DNA of 59,879 nt, counting the filler, from Bipalium vagum (Eukaryota), in the NCBI GenBank assembly GCA_037834085.1. It is 3 parts of 3 records of this genome, joined end to end, with 100 filler letters (N's around TTAATTAATTAA, not from the genome) between each part and the next. Parts side by side here need not be neighbours in the genome. Positions count along the whole stretch, not along the records: positions 20,191 to 42,770 come from JBBMKC010219465.1; positions 42,871 to 59,879 come from JBBMKC010083011.1; 1 more part is not named here. One strand, given 5' to 3'. A program made the translations under genes and the position numbers. The notes under the pieces were generated by a model that saw only the letters and a list, made by a program, of their open reading frames with translations, made no database searches and was not told the origin of the DNA. Below, piece after piece: positions 38,690-51,325 of this stretch (positions are counted from its first letter, which is position 1; the number at the start of each line of letters is the position of its first letter).

Positions 38690-40320
38690 ATCAAATGCTG
38701 ACACTAGTAAAATATGATCAATGTACCAATATATACTGGTTTTCTCAATTCACATTTGTATCAAAATTCAATTCAATTTCTAACGAACCCAAAAGAACAT
38801 CTCAAATATTTCAATAATTTTTGTGATTTACCTTCTTTTAAAAGCCTTAAAATATTACTTTGAATATTATTTTTAAATCAAACTTCCAGGATTATTTTGA
38901 ACATAATTCTTTTGTCGTTCTAATTTTTTTCTATGATTTTCATAGTATATTGGATTTCTTATTATATTATTTATTAAATTTATTTTCACATTCTTTATAA
39001 ACTTTCATAAAAGTATTATTTTCATCTAAAAATTTTTGTTGGTTTATCTATATCACATTTTGTACAAATTTTGTTATCTAATAATGGAATAATTGTCATG
39101 TCTTGCAACTGTCCTTGTAGATATTTCATTTTCATTACGACAAGTGTTCACAATTCTTTTCTCTGATCACGATTAAGTCCTCGAAATTTAGTCAATAATA
39201 AAATTATAAAAATATGTACTAATCTATATTTACATTTTACAAACTGGGGGCTAATAGAAATTTACTGCAAAAGTTGTTTCCTTAATTTTCCATACAGTCT
39301 TTAGCATTTCAAAATTTATTAAACACATGGTTACAGTACTATTTTTATCTACACTTTCCTCCAACGAAACTGCTCTACTCATCATTTTTTTCTCCGGATA
39401 ATCATTGATAAAAATTCACTTGTTAATCTTCCCAGTTGCCTTTGTTCTCTTCATTTGCAATACTTAATTTTTCTGTTTCATGCTACTAAATCTCGAATCA
39501 TATTTTACTTTCCATTGCTTAATGCCATTTTTTTAACCATCTTAGGTAACACAACATATGTCCATACTGTTAGCGCTAAAAATGTTAATTTCTCCTCAAT
39601 ATTATTAACCACCCAAAAAATTCTTCTTTAAACTTCTTCTTTTATTGCAAAATCTACAAATTATTACTTTACATACTTTGCATAATGTCCTGTTTCATTA
39701 CAGTTTTTGCAAACCACATGTTTACTTGGATCTTAATCTCGTCCTCGACTGTATTGGTGCTCGACTTTGTCTCGCTATGTCCATCTTTTCATAATATAAT
39801 TTTTTTACCCAGCTGCTCATTATTTTTCCTTCGTTCATTTCTTGTCTTCCTTGATTTATACTAACAGACGTTCAAATTTTTTTAATTTTTATATCATTTT
39901 ATTATTTGTATTTTAAATATCAAATAAATTCAGATTTATTTTTTCAGATAAAAAATATTTTAATAATATTTTCTAATAAACACTTTGAATTGTAACAGTT
40001 ATATCTTCCTTGTCTAACATTTCATATACAACTATTAATAATTACTAAAATGCAAGTAACGTGTATTATTGTAACCTGTAGAGGTAACGTAAACTGAAGG
40101 GTTACTTTTATGGTTGATTGTTGTTTGATTTCCTTGGCCCATATAAACAGCAGTCTCGTACACAGCAATCATATTGGAAATTTCATATTTTGAAAAATTG
40201 ATAGCATCATCAAACTTTTTAAATACAATTGTACGTTTAATCACTTCAAGATCCAAGTTTAAATAGCTTTGTCGACCTTTGCAAAATTAACTCATAACAT
40301 AAAAATATCTAACTAATGCT
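38690..40320 (-). mobile_element. Decayed retroelement gag/protease-like region
   Basis: Minus-strand VVCKNCNETGHYAK zinc-knuckle-like motif at ~39670-39720; otherwise heavily decayed. Confidence 0.35.
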
Positions 40321-40329
40321 AATGATGAT

Positions 40330-41170
40330 TTAAAATCATTCCTGTATAAATGAAATTGTGAGGCGACTTGTAGCTCATAGATTTGAATATCAATTCTTCT
40401 AAAAATCAAAGAATATTGGTCTTTTCTCAGCAACTGAATCAAAAATCATATCTTAGAGTTCGGAAAACAATGACTTTCGCAATTTTCATTTTCCCTATTA
40501 CTCTCATTTGTTTGTTGAAAAATATCAAAGTATTTCTCTTCCAATTTTTGAACCATACACAGGTAATAGTTTCGTTTCGCAGAAAATCGTTAACTTTGAA
40601 GTATCTGTGGATTCTTCCACTCTGCTATTATTATAATCTGGAGAATAGTTTTTCCTTTTTTAGCCACTTCGTATATATTCTAAATCAAAGAATCATTCCA
40701 AATTAACTAAATGACAAAACACAAAATTAATAGGTGTATTATAAATAGGAAATGTCTTATAACAGGGGAAACACTGTAGATGATTGCAAATGGCATATTA
40801 AAAAAATTTAACTGCTTCTTTAGTTGTTTTTGTTTTTGGGTATTATCAACTGCTAAGATGACTTCCAATTCTGAATTGTCAAAAATTTTCTGTTTACCAT
40901 ATGCATTCAAAATAAAACAATAATCTTCAGCCAAAGTTTTCTTTAAGTTAAATAATAAAAGCATTAAATGCCGCTAATGTTCTTTAGTTTTTTCATATAT
41001 TGCCATATTCGATTGCTAAATTTATCAAATTATCAGTTTAATAATTTCTTTTTGTTAATTTAAAAGCTTAAATATCAGTTTAAAAATAAAAAAAATAATT
41101 CCATCAAGCAGTCTGATGTTTGATATAAATATAAAATGAAGGAATGGGAAGAATTAACTGCTAAATCCTA
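40330..41170 (-). mobile_element. Decayed mariner (Mos1-like) remnant
   Basis: LLLFNLKKT.AE...NAYG and FDNSELEVIL..DNTQKQKQL. Confidence 0.65.
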
Positions 41171-41458
41171 TATATCATAAATTTCATTGTACATTATGTA
41201 TTTTTAAAACAATTTTTATCATTTTTGTTATTTTAAAAGCAAAATATTTGAGCGTATTTCTGTTGAAACTTCCATAACTAAAATAAATGAGTTACTGTTA
41301 AATGCGATAATTGTTTACAAATATTTCAAATGATCCACATGTACGTGTTCTTAGTGCTAAAATATTGGAGTATTCAGACTTAGAACGAATTAAAAAGAGT
41401 TGCAATTTAATTATAATTTTGATTTCTAAATTTCATCTATAATTTAAATATATTTTAG

Positions 41459-41751
41459 GTTCACTCCGTAACTATCATTTTCTTAAATTTCCAATGCTTA
41501 GCGGAATCTTATTAGTGTACTTCTTACTGTCAACTCTTGCAATACAATATCTGTTGATTCTTTCGATTATAATTCTCTCGAAAATAAAAATTCCAAAGTT
41601 ATCTAATTTTAAACAGTTAAGTTTTCAATATCAGATAAGAAGCATAAGAAATCTGATGAATAGATTATTTCGAATTGCTCATGAAGAAATTTCTAACGCA
41701 AGAAATCCTGTTTATAGAAAATTAGTATCATATCAGTCTGTACCTGAATGA
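41459..41751 (+). CDS. DSL-Ig receptor-like gene: terminal exon (transmembrane helix + cytoplasmic tail)
   Basis: ttttag phase-1 acceptor. Hydrophobic MLSGILLVYFLLSTLAIQYLLILSIIILS, basic stop-transfer KIKIPK, tail ending ...RNPVYRKLVSYQSVPE*. Confidence 0.68.
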
Positions 41752-42131
41752 TTACAGTGGGTTGATTAATATAATACTTTGTTTGATGACTTTGTTTTAT
41801 AATTTGAAAAATTACAAAATATCAGTGGTTAACTTATAAACCGGGTAATTTTATCAAAAGAAACTTTTAATGATAAAATATTTTATTTTAATGAAATTGT
41901 GCAACTTAAATATAATTTTCCATTTATCAAAAATTGTAATCGCTTTGGGACCTGATGAAATTGATAACATTAACCGAATGATAGCAATATACGAATTTAC
42001 TAATTTTAATACTTAACTTATACGCCAATCTAAAATTATGTTAAAATAACAAAAGTAGTAACAATAACAAAGTTAAATCTTCTTTTAATTGCATAATAAC
42101 AAGTTGGATTTCAAAACTATTTATTTAATAT

Positions 42132-42570
42132 TCAAACAAAAAAATTTAGTCTAACTCGCCCTTCGGACAAGAAGAAGGTCATCTCTTCAGCCATTACATT
42201 CTTCTCTGCTTGATGCCATCTGAACATTTTAGTTCCACTTGATGAGAAGACAAGTAACGCAAAAGTTTTGTAGGGCCTTTCATATTGAAAATCATTCTTC
42301 TTCCTCTTGTGTGGTTCTATCCTGACAAACACTGAATCTCCAATCGAGAAAATTCGTTTGCGTTTTTTTCTTTCGAATTGACCTATTTTTTCGGCAGCTG
42401 TATCCAAATTTACTTTTGCTTCCTTTCTAATATCCGTCTCAACCCCGATAACTTCATCCAATACAGAATGAATATTCACTTTGTGACCGTAGACAATTTC
42501 AAACGGTGAGAATTTTGTTGAGCTTTGCTGGGTAGCATTAATGCTAAATTCGATCCTCGGTAGCAGGTGA
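42132..42570 (-). mobile_element. Gypsy-like integrase C-terminal remnant
   Basis: Minus-strand NATQQSSTKFSPFEIVYG, then FSIGDSVFVR...YERPYK (GPY/F-like). Confidence 0.7.
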
Positions 42571-42770
42571 TGATTTTTGTGTTTTTAATTTAATTTAATT
42601 TTTATTTTTTATGTAAGGATTTGTGGAAGATAAAAACCTTTTAATTAATTAAAATTAGTAATTATTAATTATTATTATTATCATTATTATTAGTAGTAGT
42701 AATACAGAAAGATAAGTAGATATTTTAGGAATTTAACAGAAAATTAAAATAAGAAACATGATATTTCTAA

Positions 42771-42870
42771 NNNNNNNNNNNNNNNNNNNNNNNNNNNNNN
42801 NNNNNNNNNNNNNNTTAATTAATTAANNNNNNNNNNNNNNNNNNNNNNNNNNNNNNNNNNNNNNNNNNNN
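42771..42870. other. Assembly gap with artificial six-frame-stop linker
   Basis: 44 N + ttaattaattaa + 44 N. Confidence 0.95.
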
Positions 42871-44915
42871 TCGAATTCTTATGAATAATTTTGATAATAA
42901 CGATGAACGGAAGATATGTGAATCGTTATTAATAAAAGAGCGGCAACTGGAGATCAATATTCAAATTGGAGAAAGTAAAAGCCAATGGTTGGTCAATGTT
43001 TTCTCAGATTAATTAATTTTAAAATTTTTTTTAAAAATGAATATTTTTTTTAAAAAGAGAAAAGAATTTTTTAAAGATTAAAAATAATAATTTCCCACAC
43101 TCAGAGTTTTACGAAATATTTTAATTAAAAATTAGACCGACGTTTAGATAAATAAAGTGTGTTGTTTTAAATATAAATGACTGGTGATGAACTGATAATA
43201 GTTCGAAACATGTTTCTTGATAATAAATGTTTAGAAAAAATTTGTTCAAAACTATTGAAATGCGTCTATTTAAAAAATATATATATATATGTATATATAA
43301 TTTTATAATCAATAATAATTAATTAGAAAATACAAACCTAATTGATAGTAAAAAAGATTAATTTATTTTTTTCTAAAAAAATCTAATCTTCACAGGGACG
43401 AAGCTAAATTGCCAAGATTAGATAAGGATCAGAAAGGAAGAACCGATTTAGAATTAATGATTTAAAAAGTGAATTGACATTCCCCATTAATCAAGCTGGT
43501 CTACGACTAATTAGTCTTCTGACAAGAATAGCATAAAATAAATTGGAATCCGCAGTTGGCCAGAAAATTTTGTTAAGAATTCTATTACAACGTTAGAAAA
43601 CTATTGGAAGCATCAGAAACTATTGGAAATGTCAAAAGATATCGAGTAAATTCGAGTTAAAAGATAAAAAATAATGGATACAAAACCAGAAATTGTTTAT
43701 ATTATAAAATAATTTTTATGAGAATATCATTTACAATTAATGTTTGGATGTATACAATTTTCTAATTGGGTTCTTTATAATATATAGGGAAAAATTACAT
43801 TTACAAGAACAATTTATATAAATGAAATATTTTATGAAACGAAGGAGATGCCAAATTGTAATTGGTAATTTAAAACTATTTATTGCAAAATTAACTCTAT
43901 ATCCAGTATTACCATTAAAATTATTAAAAAGAATTTAAGATGAGAAACGTGTAAATATAGCTTTTTTAGCAGTGAGAAGAAAGAAATTTAACAAAAGAAA
44001 AAAGTCAAATTTAACAATTATTTAATGTTCTTAATAAACCAACTGGTATTTTTTCATTTAAATAAAACAAGTGATTTGTTTATTCAAGATAAAATAAGAG
44101 TTCAAGTTAATAATTCATAATATCACATTTGAATACTGATAAATAACAAATATAATAATCTAAAATAAAACTATTAAATAAATAAATTCTAAATAGAATT
44201 TAAATCATATAAAAAGATATGCGAAAGATTTTGCAATAATTTTTTGGTATCAAGATGAAAATATAACATCTGATTTAATAAAATTTTATCAAAATATACG
44301 CAATTTTTTAAAAATAAAATTTATTTCAGAAATTCATAATGTTTAATTATTACCAAATAATGATAATAATAATAATAATAATTTTGAAAAAGATTTTATT
44401 GAAAAGATTATTTCTTTCAGATCTCTGAACAGTGGAGGCAAATTGACAAATTCGTCTTCTCAAAATCGCAACACCAAAATTCTTCTGCTGTTCTCCATCA
44501 AACTCGCTCTTTTGTCTGGTGTAACAATGGGTATGATGCAATTAAGCACCCTTATGGGTTGGAACATTGTCAACATGATCTTCATTGCTTTGAACTCAAG
44601 CTTGGGTCTATTGATAGGGTTATTCTTCAATTGTAACACTCGAGTATGGAGGTTATATCGACCCTTGAAGAATGAGAGCATTTTATCACAAACAAAGACA
44701 TCAAGCATGATTTGAACTAACTAATACTATCATTTCTTTTCAAACTTGTTCCTAAATTTTTGTTCTTTTATTTTTATAGCACTGGACATTGTTATTATTT
44801 TCATTACTTTCTTATTTCATTAAATATTGTTTTAAATAAATTTTAAGGGTAATTTTTGTTTCACAATGTTATGAAAAAAGAAAGTTTTGAGAGTCGATAG
44901 CTTTGAAAGTAGTTG

Positions 44916-45055
44916 NNNNNNNNNNNNNNNNNNNNNNNNNNNNNNNNNNNNNNNNNNNNNNNNNNNNNNNNNNNNNNNNNNNNNNNNNNNNNNNNNNNNN
45001 NNNNNNNNNNNNNNNNNNNNNNNNNNNNNNNNNNNNNNNNNNNNNNNNNNNNNNN
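44916..45055. other. Assembly gap (N run)
   Basis: 140 N. Confidence 0.95.
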
Positions 45056-45959
45056 AAATAAGAAAACAATCTAAGGAATATTAAAATTATAATGATTATA
45101 ATTCCTTATTTTACAATCGTCATTTGAGAGATTTCATTTGAATCCAAAAAATTCCATGAAATGAAAACATTATTTTTTTGTGATCTCATTCGAAATAGCG
45201 TCAGCATGTTGTTTTCGTTTTCAATGACTAATTTAATCTCAAAGTATTTTTTCAGCTATACTTTTGTATTTATATGGTATATTACTCTAATTTAACGAGA
45301 GTGATCGCTATTATAATCCCTGAGTTCACATAAAACCCTTTTAAATGCACACAAATTAAGTCTGGATTCAAAAAGATTGTATAACATAAGAAACATTAAA
45401 TTAACCTCGACAAAAGACCTTCAATTATATTGAAGTTAAACCTTTCTTTTAATATAAATAAAAGAGAGTGATAATAAATCTCCATGCCCAAGTTCGCAAA
45501 CACTAAAAAATCTTATTGAGAAATAAAAAACAGAAAAAGGTTTTTTTCAAAGCTTTTAATGAATACTCTTAAAAAAACCTGGTTTAATAGTCGTTTTAAT
45601 TATTATGAAGAACTATTGAAAAAGTGTGATTTGTTTTAATAAATCAATTATATCAATTTCTGTCTCGCCCAATTTTAAACTATATTGGATATATTGGTTG
45701 TGAGTGTAATTTATATATATTCGTAATTATAATGTTTTGGATATTTATCAAAGGTCAAACAAAGTTCTTTTATTTTGTTTTCTTCTCTTTTAATCCTGTA
45801 ACTCTTGTCTGTTCAGTTTCCGGCTACTTAGCGAAAAATATTGATGAATCTTTATAACTCTCTAAATTATATAATATAACAAAAATAAATAATGATATTA
45901 AAATAAGACAAAATAAGTGATTATATTTAACAAAAGAGAGGAAGTTTTTGACACGGTAA

Positions 45960-46300
45960 CATTTATTAACTAAAATTTAATATTTTTCTACAGGATGACC
46001 GATTATATACAGGTAAGCGATTATAACGTCATTCATCACATTTTGACATAGTTCTGGTGACATTCTAGCTGTCTCCATTTGAATACCATTTTCACTCCTT
46101 GAATATCTTTTGGTTTTCTTCTGTATATCTGTGTCTTCATAATTCTCCAAAGGAAGGTATCAAACCTGACTTTTTTGCATATTTTTCCAACTTCAATTTA
46201 TGGTCTTCCAGACTCCCAAGATTAAGAACACTCCCAGTTATTTTGAATTTTCCGCTTTATAGCTATCTTTTCCATTTAAAGCGTCGTAAACATATAATGA
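45960..46300 (-). mobile_element. Internally deleted Tc1/mariner-family remnant
   Basis: Minus-strand KFKITGSVLNLG (N-terminal) and a GHPVEK-like C-terminus. Confidence 0.35.
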
Positions 46301-47027
46301 TATAACACAATTTACACAATGATATAACACACAATTTAATAATTTAAGACAATTTACGTTTCACTTTATCTTAAACTGCAATTAATGCGTTTTACATAAA
46401 GTTTTTAATGTATTAAAGATCACTGCAAAGACAAATAAACAACAACAAATAAATAAACAACAAATTAAACAACTAACTGTTCTTCGATTTCAACTTTCCT
46501 TTCTCATACTATTGAATTTGTTTGTCCCACAACATGAAACCTATCGTTCTTTTGGAGATTATAACTGTAATTAAGAAGGTCTACATTATGTAAATAGGCC
46601 GAGAAAGCCATTTTCAATATAAAAATAAGACAAAAATGTTTCACCAATGTGTTGATCGAATTTATTATTCCTTTGAATAATGAACCTTGACTAAGATATA
46701 CGTTTATAATTGATTTCCAAAACTAATCCAAGTTTTAAGTATTTATTTAGTACAAATCATCATTGATCATGTTAGCAGCGATATCAACAAAATCAGTCAT
46801 AGTTTGAACAATATATTTTGAATGACTTTTTAAAACAATAATAATACTTAAACAATTTTCTATTCTTAATAAATAAATATATTGTGCCTTTTTAAATATT
46901 AAAATTCTTTCAATAAAAATTATTTTAAAATAAAAATTTAAATTGATTAAAAATTATAATTAGGCACAATATAAAAATTCAAAAATTAGAAATCAGTTTA
47001 AATACTCACAGGTCACATGTTACATAT

Positions 47028-47560
47028 TACAGTGAGGAGCATAAGGAAAAGAAATCCCATACTTTTTACAAGATCTATATGAACAACTTATGATCAGATT
47101 AATTTCTTTTCTGATGTGTTTTAATTATCATTTAATTAAAAAATAAAAACCCTATGATAAAAATAATTTTTCTTCGATTTGATTTTCAGTGGTGCAAATT
47201 GATAGGAGCATCTTATAAACTGCTAACATATTTTTTTTGTTTAAATGATAAAAAACACTTATCTTTCAAATGGGACGAAATATTTGTATAAATGAATTTG
47301 AAAAAGGCCAAATAAAATAACCTATAAGGCCATGGGAAAAAATGAAATTCCAAGACTCCTAAGCCAATCTGCAAATGTCATTCGACATTTCCTGCTAAAT
47401 CTGACGGAATATTGACTAACAAGAATTCTAGTCATCCTGAGAAGGTATCAGAACGATCTGAGAGCCGTGAACTATGCTTTCAATTCAGCAACTTTCCACA
47501 AACAAATTAACGAAGATTTAACGTCTCTAATTAAATTATCTAAAATTGCTTTGCTAATGT
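47028..47560 (+). mobile_element. Tc3-like 5' fragment
   Basis: tacagtgagg terminus; MGRNICINEFEKGQI. Confidence 0.5.
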
Positions 47561-47799
47561 TATGTTTTTAGAAATGTTTAAAGGCCTTTTTCAGCACTTT
47601 TCTAATGGGATTGTGCTTAATTTTCAACTTTTAGCAAAAGGCTTAGAAACTTATTTGTTTATTTCTTACATTTCCATATATAAGTAAATTTTTGGTTATC
47701 TCATTTTAGACTGAATAAAATTACAATTTTTAATATGAGTGAAAGGCCTATGGATTCAATTAAAGGTTTTGACCAACCTTTTTTAAAACCTTCATAACA

Positions 47800-48656
47800 T
47801 TATAAATCATCCAATTTTGTCTGGCAGACCACATCTATTTTCAAAGATAAGAATATGAAATATTTATGCTTTTGCTGGCACCCATTTTAATTAAATACTT
47901 TGTTAAAACAAAATTAGAAAATATCTTTATTGCAACATATTTAAATTTCAGAATGTTGATAACAGAAGGAATATCATACCAAAAAATCGGTCATCCTAGT
48001 TCAACGGTTTCCGCTTTTGTGAATCGTCAGAACTGCGTCATATGCTTAGCAAAATCCAAGAAATACTGCTGAAATTCCAAGAATATCAGCAAAAGTATAT
48101 GTTTGAAAAGCAATGTCTTCCAAAAGTTAATTGGTCCCTTCTTTTTTATATCGAACACTGTGAAATCAGAAAAGTATTTACAAATGCTCAAAGATTATTT
48201 TAAAAGTCATAGAATTTTGAGAAAATCCTTTTTTAACAAGATGCAGAACTTTCAAATTGAAGTATAGAAGTACGTCAATTTCTCAATGATTCAAGTGGTG
48301 GTTCAATTAACTAGACTCCCAGGAGTGCAGATCAACGCCATTGGATTTTTTCTTGTGGGGTTATCTAAAGAACATTGTCTATTGTAACCCTATATCCACC
48401 GTTGATGAATTGAAAAAAAGAATTGTTGACGCCTACCTTGAAATAAAAAAATCAATCCAGAACAGAGTAGTGGAAAACTGCATTTCTCGTTTCATGCTAT
48501 GCAGAGACAAAATGGACATCAATTTGAACACACATTATGACAATATAAACTGTAATTATTGATAATGTAAATAAACGAATTAAATGATTCTTATTTGTTT
48601 TTTTATAATATTTAAAATTTGTTACAATTATGAATAGACTTTTCGAACACCCTGCA
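47800..48656 (+). mobile_element. Tc1/mariner-family (DD41D/rosa-like) 3' remnant
   Basis: PRS.D..PLDFFLWGYLKNIVY...TVDELKKRI; terminus ttttcgaacaccctg. Confidence 0.75.
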
Positions 48657-50849
48657 TAATTCCATTAGTTCCCTTTTTAATTTAATAAAATAGTTGAAAC
48701 GAATAAATAAAAATAATTTCAAAAAATACATACGTTATGTGAAAACCACGAATTTTACAGGTGAGTACTTTTCATATTCATCGACTGGATCATTATTTAG
48801 GATCGGATTTTTATTGAAAGTTCAACTTAGCTTTATTTAAAGATCTTATTGTTATATTTGAATTTTAGATTGCTGAGGACTGTGAATTACGTTTTATTTG
48901 ACAAAAAAGAATCTTAGTTGTATTAATACATAAAATATGTGATATTTCCAGAAGTTGAATATATGTTGGATGATGGTGTTGAGATCTATAGAAAACAAGG
49001 TCTCAGCAATTATAAAACAGGAATTACAAAGGAGCCGGAACCCCAACAAACCAACCAAGAGCTGATGGACAGTGATTCCTCACAGCTCATAAATGACATG
49101 TAACAATTTATAAATTTTGGGGGATTTTCATGAAAAAGCCCTGTTAGGCTTATTTTCCTTTTATTATAGGCTCCTTGTGTAATTTTATGTTATATTATAT
49201 TTTATAAAAAATAATAATATTAAAATTATAAATTCTTTTAAAATTAAAAAAAATAAATATTATAATAATAATATAAATTGTGGGTTGAAGTTAATTAAAA
49301 CATAATCCACAAAATTAATAAAAATATGTAAAATGAATAATAATGAGTTAGAAAATGAAACTTACCATAAATACATTAATATGAGTGTATTAATATTAAT
49401 ATGTGGGGTTGATATATTTAGTAAGTTCTATAATATAAGAACTTTCCTAAAATAACAACAGCCCACATATTACTCTATTAATGGAAAGTTCTATTTTAAA
49501 CTAAACAAGAGATCAGGAATGTGAAAATTAGGAGTTTATCAGCTGTTGGTTTTCGCATTCAATTCGCACTTAACTTCGTCTAAACAAGTTACAGCCGGTA
49601 GTAAAAAAAGGTAAATAAAATACGCTTTTGCTTTTTTATAAATTGATCTCTATTGAGTCAAATAAATTAATTAACTATTACTTAACGCATTCAGAGCAAA
49701 TACTCTGCAATACGTTCTTTTTATTATATTTTCTTATTTCCATTTTTGTTCTCTTTGCAAATCGGTTCTGCTTCGCCCTAGGCGACAGGATATGTATTTT
49801 GACTTCAGGACTTTTTCGGTTATCAGAAAACCAAGAAGACATTATTAATGAAATATCAGATATTATTGTTCAGAAAGAGTTGTATTTTTTTGAAAATATA
49901 TTTTTCTAATAAAATCGTGTTATCTCAGTTGATTTTAGTTACATTTAGTTCCTATCTTAAAACACTTATTTGTTACACTACCTTTGAAGTTGGTGAGCCC
50001 ATATCAAACCTATATTTATAGAGTTTTATATTTTTTTTATATTATATTTTCAAAATTAGATCTCGCATTAGACGTCAAACCAAACACTTAAAATGGTTAG
50101 ACTTCTGTTATACGTTTAACAACGTTCCAAATATTGAGTTAGAAACGAATGTGAGACTAAGGAAAAGCAGACAATGTTAATAGAACAGTAGTAATACGGA
50201 CATACTTAGAAAAAAAATTCAACTGTTTGAGTCCAGTTAATGAAAATGAGTTTAATCTCAAACCAATCCCTGGGATAAAATTAATGGATTGATATATTCT
50301 ATAATTAACGCTGATACAAGTCAAGCTCTTTTGATAAGTTCTAAAACACTGAAAGGAATTAACCCCGATCAAGTAATTTTATTTTAAAGAATAATTTAAA
50401 AATAATAATGAAAGTTATTAAATAAAGATGAAAGGAAAACATTATTTTTAGGACATTTTACGAATTTTGAAAGACCTTTTAGGCTTTTGAGCTTATTTTA
50501 AAAATAATCTACTTGTCAAAATTACACTATCAAGACAAGCAAAAATGAATAAAAGAAGAAAGATTAAAAAAGCGTGCAAGTTTGTTATTGTTATGCAGAA
50601 AAATTAATAAGAATTTTCAATAATGTTTTCAGTACTGAGATTATGCTTAAATTCCCCATCAGAGAGCTATCGGGGAGCAACCGTAAGAGCCCAGCTGATA
50701 GTTTGGGAATAAAGATCGAAGAAGAATTGTAAGATTGTTTTGTTTTTAATTTTGATTAAATATACTTTTTTTTAATTAATTGATTTTAATTAGATTAATA
50801 TTCACGTTTTTATCTTTGAAATGCTTCTGAACCTTTTTTGTGTAATGAG

Positions 50850-51325
50850 ATGAAGCTAGATCAGGTCAAAATATATACTTTCTGTAACCGACGCTTAATG
50901 CATTCATTAAAGTACACATCTTTGTTAATTGCCTAGTTTGACGGCACAAAAATGGATTGGAAACACCTACAGATGAAAAAGCTATCCAATCCAATATTTT
51001 TTCTTCATATTTGGACTTTAATTAATGTTTAACACGATCCGGAGTGGTTTTCACTTCATTCGAATAATTGTAACAATTTACATCTAGTGTACTGTTGGAT
51101 AACGTAAATAAGATTTATCATATAAGACAAAATAAACAATTGGTAGTTATTGTAAAGATTTCGGAATTTAGGCCACATTTGTTTCAACTGTAATGGTGAT
51201 CGTTTTAGTTTTGTACTTTCCTTAAAACACCGGATCTCTATATGTCTTTTCAACATTATTGAAACGTATGGCTGTGAATATTCTATAGTCTTAGCAACCG
51301 ATTTTTGTTTAATTCCACAATAAAA
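50850..51325 (-). mobile_element. Tc1-like HTH remnant
   Basis: GIKQKSVAKTIEYSQPYVSIMLKRH. Confidence 0.4.

Noticed and set aside
45994-46012. 19-nt apparent micro-exon (ctacag|...|gtaagc)
   Set aside because: Overlaps a minus-strand transposase C-terminus, is not frame-preserving, and has no host gene nearby.
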